From: Oscillospiraceae bacterium
GTDB lineage: Bacteria > Bacillota > Clostridia > Oscillospirales > QAMX01
Assembly: GCA_015068345.1 (NCBI GenBank)
Contig: SVKS01000003.1
Coordinates: 2,168 to 66,167, forward strand
Reading direction: 5' to 3'
DNA length: 64,000 nt
Of this stretch, positions 18,279 through 27,039 are shown in pieces. A program made the position numbers and the translations under genes. The notes under the pieces are model-generated. The model had not been told where the DNA came from and did no database searches. It saw only the letters and a program-made list of their open reading frames with translations. Positions within the stretch are counted from its first letter, which is position 1. Every line of letters begins with the position of its first letter.

Positions 18279-18405
18279 GTGTTTCTTGCTATTGTCCACG
18301 CTCCATGCAAAGCCTGACACGGCGAGGGTGCATGGAGCCAATTTCCCCGCCGTTTGGCTTTGCTTGCCAAATTGCCATCTATAAACAACAAGGAGCAAAG
18401 TCAAA
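18279..18405 (+). promoter_or_regulatory. candidate leader-peptide translational attenuator (12-codon sORF + alternative hairpins)
   Basis: SD AAGGAGG (18265-18271) with GTG at 18279 gives MFLAIVHAPCKA, stop at 18315-18317. Hairpin ctccatgca/tgcatggag (18301-18309 / 18329-18337) covers the sORF end. ggctttgc (18356-18363) can pair with gcaaagcc (18307-18314), or its ctttgct can pair with agcaaag (18394-18400) next to the MFS SD. Confidence 0.45.
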
Positions 18406-19698
18406 ATGAAAGAATTCTTCAAAAATCTATCCGAAATGCGATCCTACCTGCTTTTGTGGTTCACCCAGATGATTTCCGGCCTTGGCAGTGCCATGACCAG
18501 CTATGCCCTGGTGATCTGGTCCTATACCCAGAAGGGAAGCGCCCTGATGACCGCCCTTCTGATGGTGTGTTCCTATGCCCCCTACGTGCTTTTCAGTGTG
18601 TTTGCCGGGGCCTTGAGTGACCGTTGGAACAAGAAAATCACCCTTTTGGTTACCGATGCCCTGGCGGCTTGTTCCACCCTGGCAGTCTATCTCCTTTTGA
18701 AAAATGATCAGCTTCAGGTGTGGCACCTTTATCTGGTCAACCTCATTTCTGGACTGATGAACACCGTTCAACAGCCCGCATCCGAAGTGGCCACCACTGC
18801 TCTTCTCCCCCGGAAGCATTTTCAGCGGGTAGGTAGTCTGCGTTACCTTTCCAGTTCCCTTTCCTCCATCCTGACACCCATCCTTGCCACCGCTGTTTTG
18901 GGGCTATGGGGCATGGATGCGGTGATCATCATCGACCTTTTGAGCTTTGTAGCTGCCTTTTTAGTTCTCCTTTTCTTCATTCCCATCCCCAACACGACAG
19001 ACGGAAAGGAAAAACCGGAATCTCTTTTACAAAGCGCAGGCGAGGGGATCGGCTGGCTCCGGAAAAATCCCGGAATTTTCCACCTGATGCTCTTCTTGGC
19101 GGCAATCAATCTGGTGGCTTCCATGTATAACGCCGCCTTCCCCGCTATGATGCTTTCCCTGCCCCAGGCCGGGGATCGAGCCATGGGGATCGTCAATGCG
19201 ATGGTGGGTATCACTACCCTGCTTGGAAGCCTGATAGCCTCCTTCCTGAAGGTACCAAAAAGCCGGGTACGCGCCATCTGGCTCTGCCTGATGCTTTCCA
19301 TGTGTACCGAAAACCTGTTTTTATCCCTTGGAAAGTCCCTCCCCGTGTGGTGCATTGGTGCCTTTCTTGGGTGGATCGCCATCCCCTGGATGAATTCCAA
19401 TTTGGATGCTGTTTTTCGTTTGACCATTCCGCCGGCAATTCAAGGCCGGGTATTTGCCGCCCGGAACACCTTTCAGTTTTTCACCATCCCTCTGGGATAT
19501 TTCCTGGGCGGATTTTTGGTGGACGAGGTATTTGAACCCCTGATGGCCTTGGCCTCCCCAAACAGCCTGCCTGCCAAGCTCTTCGGTTTAGAAAAGGGCA
19601 GCGGTGCCGCCCTCTTCTTCGGGGTGCTGTGGCTACTAGGAATTGGGGTCTGTCTCTTTTTCAAAGGTGACCGGGCAATCAAAAATCTGGAAGAATAA
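18406..19698 (+). CDS. MFS transporter, DHA3 (macrolide-efflux-like) type
   Basis: N-terminal RSYLLLWFTQMISGLGSAMTSYALVIW...GALSDRWNKK and 12 TM segments. Confidence 0.75.
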   Translation: MKEFFKNLSEMRSYLLLWFTQMISGLGSAMTSYALVIWSYTQKGSALMTALLMVCSYAPYVLFSVFAGALSDRWNKKITLLVTDALAACSTLAVYLLLKNDQLQVWHLYLVNLISGLMNTVQQPASEVATTALLPRKHFQRVGSLRYLSSSLSSILTPILATAVLGLWGMDAVIIIDLLSFVAAFLVLLFFIPIPNTTDGKEKPESLLQSAGEGIGWLRKNPGIFHLMLFLAAINLVASMYNAAFPAMMLSLPQAGDRAMGIVNAMVGITTLLGSLIASFLKVPKSRVRAIWLCLMLSMCTENLFLSLGKSLPVWCIGAFLGWIAIPWMNSNLDAVFRLTIPPAIQGRVFAARNTFQFFTIPLGYFLGGFLVDEVFEPLMALASPNSLPAKLFGLEKGSGAALFFGVLWLLGIGVCLFFKGDRAIKNLEE

Positions 19699-19711
19699 TT
19701 CCCCATAGAGA

Positions 19712-19739
19712 ACCCCCTTGGGTAGCATCCCAAGGGGGT
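19712..19739. terminator. bidirectional terminator
   Basis: acccccttggg-tagcat-cccaagggggt (11-bp stem). Confidence 0.7.
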
Positions 19740-19746
19740 AACTTTT

Positions 19747-20127
19747 TCATACTTTTTCAGCAGGCGGAATCAGCCAACTTCCAACAAGCAATTCCTGGAT
19801 TTCCTCCCGGGTGGCATCCTCGGCAACCGAAAAATGATAGACCACCCGGCCCTCTTCGTCCAAGGCTTTGACCGAAACGCCCCGCAGGCTCGAAAGCTCA
19901 TCCAACTGCTCCAGCCACACCAACTCCCCCCTGCGGAAGGGAGTATTATCGGCGTGTCGGACTCCGCCACTCTGGGTTGGGGTATCGACTTCCACATCCA
20001 GAATTCCGTCAACCCCGATCACCAGAGTATAGCCGTTGGGATTCACTTCCTCCTCCGCCGGGGCACACCCGACGAAAAGTGCCGACAGAAGAAGCAGGGC
20101 AAGGCCGATCTTTACGTATTTTTTCAT
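19747..20127 (-). CDS. small lipoprotein, unknown function
   Basis: MKKYVKIGLALLLLSALFVGC|A signal peptide with lipobox. AUG at 20127; the listed 20340 start overlaps the upstream gene. Confidence 0.7.
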   Translation of the reverse strand: MKKYVKIGLALLLLSALFVGCAPAEEEVNPNGYTLVIGVDGILDVEVDTPTQSGGVRHADNTPFRRGELVWLEQLDELSSLRGVSVKALDEEGRVVYHFSVAEDATREEIQELLVGSWLIPPAEKV

Positions 20128-20138
20128 ACTTTTCTCCG

Positions 20139-21485
20139 TTATACAAGACACAGAAGTGCCAGGCTGACGCCGCCCACCAGAGCGGCAGGGCGAATGACGC
20201 TGCAGTCTTTCCAAAGATTGACCACCGCCCGAATTCCCGCCACCAGAAGCACCAGAAGGGCCCATGCTGCAAGCAGCCTTTTGGGGGTAAAGCCAAAGGT
20301 TACAATATACAGTCCCAGCTTGGCGGCGGCGGTGCTCCACAAAAGAAGGCTGAAGCCCATCAAAGCCGCCGAGGCCACCCGAAGGAGTTTATGCTCCTTC
20401 ACGGTCTTTTCTGCAAAGCTCATGCTGCCCGCAAGCAGGGCAAAATTCAAAAGCATCACCAGACAAAGCTGGAAAAAGCCCTGTCTTGCGTATTCCGCCA
20501 CGGTGAATCCCTCCGGCAAGCGACCCAGAAATGCCCCGAAGAGATATTCCCCCTGGACCCCGAAGAAGAGGAGATAGAGGGCAAAGAAGGCCATCAGTAC
20601 TCCGCAGGCAAGCCCGGTGGGTACCTGGCGCAGTTTACCTGCGTTTGCCAACCGCAGGGCGGAAGGTTTCCGATTGGGTTTCATCACCGAAAGCCCGTAG
20701 AAGAAGGCCCCCACAGGAAGTGCCAGAATCAGATAGAATACGTTCTCCCCAAGCTCCCAGTTTTCAAATACAAGCACCCGATCCAGGAGATTTTCAAAGC
20801 CCGCATCGGCCCCCGCCAGCCACGTTGCCGCAAGCATCAGAGCAATCAGGGCCAAAAACAGGTAGAGCAATGTGATCCATGTGATCTTTTGCTTTTCCTT
20901 TTTCTCCCGATCGAAAACCAGGTGCCAGGCCCCCACCGGGAAATAGACAAGCCCCGAAAAGGCCCGTCCTATGCCGCAAACCAGGTCTAGCGGAACAAAA
21001 CCACCGGTTTTCCCATCGGTCAGACCACCTGTGGCGGCCACCGCCCACCATACGGCATAGCCGTGAAGGAGCAGGGTGGTTTCCCCCTCTCCCAATACCG
21101 CACACCGGCCAAAGGTCAGGGCCGCCGCCACCACAAGCAGACACCCAAGCCAAAGGAGGGATTCGGCGTGGAAGGGATTCACACCACCCACCCGCCGCCG
21201 GGCAGCAAGCAGGGAAAGGATACCCCCGGAAAACACCAGGGCAAAAAGCATCGGTGCCAAATTCAAGGTCCAGCCCCCGTGCCCGGTGAAATACACCCCG
21301 GAATACCACTCACCCGATTCCACGATCAGAATGAGTTTCAGGTAGAGCCAACCCAAAAGCCACGCCACCGGCAGGGCCCACTTTTCCGCCGAACAGGCAA
21401 AAAACGGCGGTTTTGCAGGAATTTGAGGTACACCAAAGGAAGGGGTGCCCATCTGGGCATCCAAACGGTATTCATCCATATTCAC
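20139..21485 (-). CDS. large polytopic membrane protein (DUF4153/DUF4173-like by recollection)
   Basis: At least 10 hydrophobic segments. Same strand as, and 10 nt downstream of, the HTH gene. No catalytic motif recognised. Confidence 0.55.
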   Translation of the reverse strand: MNMDEYRLDAQMGTPSFGVPQIPAKPPFFACSAEKWALPVAWLLGWLYLKLILIVESGEWYSGVYFTGHGGWTLNLAPMLFALVFSGGILSLLAARRRVGGVNPFHAESLLWLGCLLVVAAALTFGRCAVLGEGETTLLLHGYAVWWAVAATGGLTDGKTGGFVPLDLVCGIGRAFSGLVYFPVGAWHLVFDREKKEKQKITWITLLYLFLALIALMLAATWLAGADAGFENLLDRVLVFENWELGENVFYLILALPVGAFFYGLSVMKPNRKPSALRLANAGKLRQVPTGLACGVLMAFFALYLLFFGVQGEYLFGAFLGRLPEGFTVAEYARQGFFQLCLVMLLNFALLAGSMSFAEKTVKEHKLLRVASAALMGFSLLLWSTAAAKLGLYIVTFGFTPKRLLAAWALLVLLVAGIRAVVNLWKDCSVIRPAALVGGVSLALLCLV

Positions 21486-21495
21486 TTCTCCTTAT

Positions 21496-21711
21496 CTAAT
21501 CCCGCTCTTCCGGGACGTATTCCAGAATGTCACCGGGCTGGCAATCCAGCACCCGGCACAGGTCCTCCAGGGTGGAAAAGCGTACCGCCCTGGCCTTTTG
21601 ATTTTTCAGGATGGAGAGATTGGCGGGAGTAATACCAATCTTTTCGGCAAGCTCCCCGGCACCGATTTTACGGCGGGCCATCACCACATCCAAATTGACA
21701 ACGATCGGCAT
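21496..21711 (-). CDS. small XRE-family HTH transcriptional regulator (YozG-like)
   Basis: 71 aa: VVMARRKIGAGELAEKIGITPANLSILKNQKARAVRFSTLEDLCRVLDCQPGDIL. Confidence 0.85.
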   Translation of the reverse strand: MPIVVNLDVVMARRKIGAGELAEKIGITPANLSILKNQKARAVRFSTLEDLCRVLDCQPGDILEYVPEERD

Positions 21712-21723
21712 GGTGCTCCCTCC

Positions 21724-22191
21724 TTATACCGTAAAATCCAGTTCATCCTTCATGGTGATGGCCTCTTCAAACACGTTTTTCACCACCCGCACGATCAGGG
21801 CCATGAAACCCGCCGCCAGGCTAACCATACCCAGGCTGGGCCATTCCACCACCGCCGCCACCATGCAGATCAAAGCCACCAGGACACAACACCAGGAAAT
21901 TCTGCGAAGTGATGCGACGTTTTGAGGAACAAACACCCGTTCCTGCCCTATGTTTCTCAGCAGATGGTGCAGATCCCATAGGGTGACGTAGGCGGGAATA
22001 CTGCAAAGATACATGGTACCCAAAAGGACCATGCCCCCCAAAAGTCCCCGGTTTCCGATCACGTTGGCGCAAAGCCAGTTCACCAGCCAATAACCGGTGA
22101 TATCACAAAGAACAAGCAAAATAAAAAAGAACCACACCATCACCCGCGAGAGAAGCAGGGAATGCCGTCCGGTCCATCGTTTTTCCTTCAT
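21724..22191 (-). CDS. DUF2975-like small membrane protein
   Basis: Four TM segments and a C-terminal amphipathic tail. This is the usual upstream partner of YozG-type regulators. Confidence 0.6.
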   Translation of the reverse strand: MKEKRWTGRHSLLLSRVMVWFFFILLVLCDITGYWLVNWLCANVIGNRGLLGGMVLLGTMYLCSIPAYVTLWDLHHLLRNIGQERVFVPQNVASLRRISWCCVLVALICMVAAVVEWPSLGMVSLAAGFMALIVRVVKNVFEEAITMKDELDFTV

Positions 22192-22221
22192 GATTCAGTC
22201 ACCTCCCGGTTTGATGGTTAC

Positions 22222-22274
22222 AGTATAGCATATGTCATCCCGTTCGTCAATATGTTTTTATCGTTTTTCGATAA
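22222..22274 (-). promoter_or_regulatory. promoter plus upstream palindrome (candidate operator) of the DUF2975-HTH operon
   Basis: Minus strand: TTGACG (22250-22245), 17-nt spacer, TATACT (22227-22222). Palindrome TTATCG-TTTTT-CGATAA at 22258-22274. Confidence 0.45.
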
Positions 22275-22358
22275 TTTTTTATAGTGACTCGATATCTCAC
22301 TTTAAGGATTGACTTCTTTTCCTCTTCATGGTATCATTTTTTCGAGGTGATTTGCAAT

Positions 22359-23195
22359 ATGAAGCTTTCCGACGTTCTTGTCCGTGACCCCTTCATGCTG
22401 AAGGTAGGGGACGTTTACTATCTTTACGGAACCAAAACCCGGGGAATCCAGTTAGGGTTTGACGTATACAAGTCCCGGGACCTGGTGGAATTCGAGGGCC
22501 CCATTCCCGTTCTGCCCCCGGAAAATGTAACCTGGAGCAAACGAAAAAACTGGGCTCCGGAGGTTTACCCCATTGGGGGCAGGTACTATATGTTTGCCAC
22601 CTTCGAACACCTGGACGGCACCCGGGGTACCTGGGCACTGGTCAGTGACAAACCCGATGGCACCTTTGTCCCCCATTCCGACGGTCCTCTGACCCCCAAG
22701 GATTGGCTGAGCCTGGATGGCACCCTGGCTTTTGAGGACGGCAAGCCCTACATGATCTTCTGTCACGAGTGGCTCCAGGTTGGGAATGGTGAAATTCTGA
22801 TTATGGAGCTCTCCCCCGATCTGACCCATGCGGTGGGGGAACCCAAGCTTTTATGGAAGGCCGGGGATGCCTCCTGGGTGGTTCCGGTGAATGGAGATCC
22901 CAGGAACATGGTTACCGACGGTCCCTTCATTTACCACCGGAACGGAGAACTCATCTGCCTGTGGTCCTCCTTTGGTGCGGACAGGGATGGCGGCAATTCC
23001 TATGCCATCAGCTATGCCGTCAGTCCCTCGGATTCCCTTTTCGGCCCCTGGGAACAGAGCAACAAATTCATCAGCACGGTGGATGCGGGACACGGCATGA
23101 TCTTCCAGGACCTTGACGGCAAAGACCGTCTGATCGTCCATACCCCCAACGACCACGAAACCGCCCACCCGATTTTCGCCGATTTCGAACTATAA
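22359..23195 (+). CDS. glycoside hydrolase family 43 protein (arabinofuranosidase/xylosidase-like)
   Basis: N-terminal VRDPFMLKVGDVYYLYGT, NWAPEVYPIGGRYYMF, DGPFIYHRNGELICLWSS blocks of the 5-bladed propeller. AUG at 22359 follows GAGGTGA. Confidence 0.8.
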   Translation: MKLSDVLVRDPFMLKVGDVYYLYGTKTRGIQLGFDVYKSRDLVEFEGPIPVLPPENVTWSKRKNWAPEVYPIGGRYYMFATFEHLDGTRGTWALVSDKPDGTFVPHSDGPLTPKDWLSLDGTLAFEDGKPYMIFCHEWLQVGNGEILIMELSPDLTHAVGEPKLLWKAGDASWVVPVNGDPRNMVTDGPFIYHRNGELICLWSSFGADRDGGNSYAISYAVSPSDSLFGPWEQSNKFISTVDAGHGMIFQDLDGKDRLIVHTPNDHETAHPIFADFEL

Positions 23196-23197
23196 AT

Positions 23198-23240
23198 AAA
23201 ATCACACCCTTAGATCCATTGGATTTGGGGTGTGATTTTA
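23198..23240. terminator. bidirectional terminator-like hairpin
   Basis: atcacaccc ... gggtgtgat (9-bp stem, long loop) flanked by A- and T-runs. Confidence 0.5.
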
Positions 23241-23244
23241 CTAT

Positions 23245-24138
23245 TCAGTTGCACAATGCGGCATGTGCTTCACCGGTAACTGCATCCACCAAAATGGTGA
23301 TACCCTCTCCCATATCCACCTTGTAAATCAAAGTGTAGATATCGGCCGCATTGGTGTCTACGCTATACATTGAAATATCCTCATACGTCAACTCACAGGA
23401 TTTCGCTTCTCCCTTTCCATTCGCGTAATCAAGGGCAATCCCGATTGCTTCCTCTTCGGTGATTCCCGGCGTTTCTGTATTGACTGTGGAACCGAAGCTC
23501 ACGATGCGGATGACTTGATTGGCTCTTTTGTCAAACTGGATGTTGATTGACTGCCCGGGGTTCTGCACTCCATTCTGCATAACGCAGGTGGCGTAAAACA
23601 TGACCTCGTCGTTTCCAAGCCCGGTTCCTTTGGAAAGATCATACTCCATCCACATGGCATGATCCACAATATTTTTGATATCCTTCAGCACCTTTTCACA
23701 TTCACTTCGGGCTTTTTCAGTAGGCATTGCCTTTGCGTTAGATGCAGGTTCCGATTTCAAGTAAATTCCGGAGATGTATCCATTTGAAAAGGTAAATTCC
23801 AATTCTGAACCATCTTGATTTACAAGCAATGCTTCGGTTTTCCCCGAATCATTTCCTTCCCCGGTAATCTGGAGTGTACCATCCACCGCAACGTGAAAAA
23901 GCGATTCGATGACAGCCTTCTTTTCCCCAATTTTATCCTGCATTATTTCGGTGGGATCCTTTTTCTCTTCTTCCCGACTTTCCACCGGTTCGGTTTCGGT
24001 CGAATCGGATTCCTCTTTCATGGTGATCCACTCGCTTTCCGGCTCTTGGGTATCGAATACCATGCTTTCCGCTTCCCCACACCCCGCAAGGCAGAGCAAA
24101 CCAAGACCAACCAACAATAACAAAAATCGACGTTTCAC
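23245..24138 (-). CDS. lipoprotein, unknown function (PepSY-like C-terminus possible)
   Basis: MKRRFLLLLVGLGLLCLAGC|G lipobox, acidic linker, C-terminal YTLIYKVDMGEGITILVDAVTGE. Confidence 0.65.
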   Translation of the reverse strand: MKRRFLLLLVGLGLLCLAGCGEAESMVFDTQEPESEWITMKEESDSTETEPVESREEEKKDPTEIMQDKIGEKKAVIESLFHVAVDGTLQITGEGNDSGKTEALLVNQDGSELEFTFSNGYISGIYLKSEPASNAKAMPTEKARSECEKVLKDIKNIVDHAMWMEYDLSKGTGLGNDEVMFYATCVMQNGVQNPGQSINIQFDKRANQVIRIVSFGSTVNTETPGITEEEAIGIALDYANGKGEAKSCELTYEDISMYSVDTNAADIYTLIYKVDMGEGITILVDAVTGEAHAALCN

Positions 24139-24305
24139 AGTTTTTCTCCTTCCTGTTTGATCGTGAGGATCTCACTCCAATCGAAGTATATCATATTATT
24201 CTGTCATTTGTCAATATTTCAAGATTCTATCCGTTTACGCCCCACAAAAATACAAGCCATGCTATCATTGCATGGCGTGTATTCTTATCGTTTTATACTT
24301 CGCAA

Positions 24306-25067
24306 TCAGCCCGGTACGCCGGTGACGTTCTGGGCGCCGCCGTCCACGTAGATGTGGGTGCCGGTGATGCTGGCGGCACCATCGCTGGCCAGGAAGAGGG
24401 CGGTTTTGCCGATCTGGCTGGGGGTGGCGTATTTGTGAAGGGGAATGGCTCCCACGATATGCTCGTAGCCCGGATCTCCCTGCATTCTTTCGTTGAAGCC
24501 CTCGTGTTCGGTGTAGCCGGGAACGATGTCCACCACCCGGATGCCGTAGGGGGCAAGCTCGATGGAGGCGGTTTTTGTCATGCGGTCGATGGCGGCCTTG
24601 CTGGCGGCATAGAGCATGGCTCCCTGGAAGGTCACCGTCTGGTGGTTGGAGGATACGTTGATAATAACCCCCCGGCGGTTGTATTTGATCATGTTGCGGG
24701 CGGCCTGCTGCATGCAAAAGAAGGTACCCCGGAAGTCGATGTTAACCCCGTGGTTAAAGTCCTCCTCTGTGCAGTTGAGGAAATCGGTGTCGAAGGTCAG
24801 TCCGGCATTGTTGATCATCACGTCGATGGCACCAAAGGTTTCTTCCACTTCCCGGAACATGGCGTAGATATCCTCCACCTTGCCGTTGTTGCCGTAGACG
24901 ATCTTGGTTTTGACACCAAACGCTTCGTGGGCCTTGTCCAGGGTAGCCTGGGTGCGGTCCTTACTGCGGCTGTAGCTGGCGGCCACGTCGTAGCCCGCCT
25001 CCGCAAAGGCATGGATCAAACCGGGGCCGATGATGCCGCCCCCACCGGTGATAAATACAGTCGGCAT
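24306..25067 (-). CDS. SDR family oxidoreductase
   Basis: ITGGGGIIGPG cofactor motif, NNAG, and the YAASKAA catalytic Tyr-x3-Lys. Confidence 0.85.
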   Translation of the reverse strand: MPTVFITGGGGIIGPGLIHAFAEAGYDVAASYSRSKDRTQATLDKAHEAFGVKTKIVYGNNGKVEDIYAMFREVEETFGAIDVMINNAGLTFDTDFLNCTEEDFNHGVNIDFRGTFFCMQQAARNMIKYNRRGVIINVSSNHQTVTFQGAMLYAASKAAIDRMTKTASIELAPYGIRVVDIVPGYTEHEGFNERMQGDPGYEHIVGAIPLHKYATPSQIGKTALFLASDGAASITGTHIYVDGGAQNVTGVPG

Positions 25068-25203
25068 AGCAAATAAATCCTTTCCGATTCATAATCATTC
25101 GCTGTTTCTGTGACACAGTATAGCACAGGTTAACCCTTTTCGCAATTGTGATTTTGTCTTAATTCGCTCCATCCTCCCATGGCGCTTCCATTTGTTTTGG
25201 ACA

Positions 25204-25234
25204 TAAAAGGAGCCTTTGCTTCACGCAAAGGCTC
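25204..25234 (-). terminator. rho-independent terminator of alr
   Basis: gagcctttgc-ttcac-gcaaaggctc with a T-run on the minus strand. Confidence 0.7.
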
Positions 25235-25244
25235 GCTTCTTCGA

Positions 25245-26444
25245 TCAGGTATGTAAAAAGAGGTTTTGGGTATATTGGAGCTCCCCGTTTTTGATAAACA
25301 CCCGGGGCACCCGTTTGCCCACAATGCAGGTAAGCTCGTAATTGATGGTACCCGAAACCCGGGCAGCTTCTTCCAGGGTGACGCCACCCTTGCCAAAGAC
25401 CACCACTTCATCCCCTTCGTGTACGTCATCCCGTCCGGTAACGTCCAGCATGCACATATCCATGCAGATACGGCCCACGATGGGAGCCGGTTTTCCCTTA
25501 ATGGTCATCACACCGCCCTGGGCATTTTTGCGCACGTACCCGTCGGCGTAGCCAATGGCGGTAACCGCCACCTGCATATCCTGGCTGGCTTCGTAATCCC
25601 GGCCATAGCTGACCACACTCCCCCGGGGCAGGGTCTTCACCTGGGACACCGAGGTTTTCAGGGTCATGGCAGGACGAAGCTTCAGTTTGCAGCCAAGAGG
25701 GCTTTCCACCTGGCTATCGGGATAGTAGCCGTAGAGGATAACACCGGGACGCACCGCATCCAGCCCAAATTCCGGATAATTGATGATAGCGGCGCTGTTG
25801 GAGCAATGTCGGGTTCCCATGCGGATCCCCTCTCCTTCGGCGGCGTTGACAGTGGCTAAGAAAAGGTCATACTGACGCTTGGTAAAGGCATAGTCGGCAC
25901 TTTGTGGGTTGGTCTCCCCATCGGCTGAGGAGAAATGGGTGAAGCAACCGGTAATTTGTACCCCGGTAAGAGCGTTGATTTTCCGAATTTCTTCCACGGC
26001 TCCGGGAATATCCCCCTCGTCCCGCACCACGATGCCAAGCCGGGACATGCCGCTGTCGATTTTCACGTGTACCGGAATCTTCACCCCAGCCTTCAGGGCG
26101 TTGGCCGAAAGCCGCTCGGCGGCGGCAAAATCGGTAACGGTTTGGGTGATGTGCCCCTCGTAGAGGTCAAAGGCCATTTCCGCCGGGGTATACCCCAGAA
26201 TCAAAATATCCCCCTTGATATCGTCCGCCCGGAGAGCACGGGCTTCGTCAATATTGGAAACGGCGAAGGCGTTGACCCCCAACCGGTTATAAAGACGGGC
26301 AATGATGGAGGCACCGTGGCCGTAGGCATCGGCTTTGATAACGGCAATGATGCGTTTTCCCGCCGTTAGACGACGAATTTCTTCCAGGTTGTTTTCAATG
26401 GCATCCAGGTCGATCTCCGCCCAGGTTCTGCGTAAATAGTACAT
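25245..26444 (-). CDS. alr: alanine racemase
   Basis: RRTWAEIDLDAIENN, VIKADAYGHG (PLP Lys), and C-terminal ICMDMCMLD. AUG at 26444; the listed 26573 start overlaps the upstream gene. Confidence 0.9.
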   Translation of the reverse strand: MYYLRRTWAEIDLDAIENNLEEIRRLTAGKRIIAVIKADAYGHGASIIARLYNRLGVNAFAVSNIDEARALRADDIKGDILILGYTPAEMAFDLYEGHITQTVTDFAAAERLSANALKAGVKIPVHVKIDSGMSRLGIVVRDEGDIPGAVEEIRKINALTGVQITGCFTHFSSADGETNPQSADYAFTKRQYDLFLATVNAAEGEGIRMGTRHCSNSAAIINYPEFGLDAVRPGVILYGYYPDSQVESPLGCKLKLRPAMTLKTSVSQVKTLPRGSVVSYGRDYEASQDMQVAVTAIGYADGYVRKNAQGGVMTIKGKPAPIVGRICMDMCMLDVTGRDDVHEGDEVVVFGKGGVTLEEAARVSGTINYELTCIVGKRVPRVFIKNGELQYTQNLFLHT

Positions 26445-26457
26445 GATTGATCCCTTC

Positions 26458-27039
26458 TTATGATTCAAAGGTGACCCCTGGCGGTTCCTCGTAGGTCTGC
26501 ACCCCGATTTCCGCCTGGGTCGCTCCGTCGTGCAACACCTGGATTTTCCGGGGCAATTGGCTTTCCCCGTCAAACAATACCCGAATGGTGTATTCCGACT
26601 CCTCGTAATAACAAATCAGTTCCGCCACCACCCCTTCCCCGGTTTCGTCAACCAGGATCAGGTTTCCGCTTTTCATGGCTTCCCAATAAAGCGGGAAACA
26701 CAACAGCGGGGATGGCAGGCCTCCCTTCACCCTTTCCCCGGCGAACACCACGTCATCGTAGGTCAGGGTCATCTTTTCCCCCGCCACCACCGCGCCAAGT
26801 CCCGCCATGGCTTCGGGTTCCAAGACCGAAAGGGCGGTTTGATCACCGGTATGGGTAACAAGCAGGGTATAATCCCGGACCAGATCATCCAAGTGGAGGC
26901 GCATTTTGGCCCGGTAGCGTACCTCCTGCCGGGAGGTAAAATCAGCACGATATTCTTCGACCTGTTCCCGCCCGTCAGTGCAGGCAGAAAACAGGGTTAT
27001 CAGCAGTACACAAAGAAAAATGTGTACGATTTTTTTCAA
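26458..27039 (-). CDS. lipoprotein, unknown function
   Basis: MKKIVHIFLCVLLITLFSAC|T lipobox. The start overlaps the nnr stop by 4 nt. Confidence 0.65.
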   Translation of the reverse strand: MKKIVHIFLCVLLITLFSACTDGREQVEEYRADFTSRQEVRYRAKMRLHLDDLVRDYTLLVTHTGDQTALSVLEPEAMAGLGAVVAGEKMTLTYDDVVFAGERVKGGLPSPLLCFPLYWEAMKSGNLILVDETGEGVVAELICYYEESEYTIRVLFDGESQLPRKIQVLHDGATQAEIGVQTYEEPPGVTFES

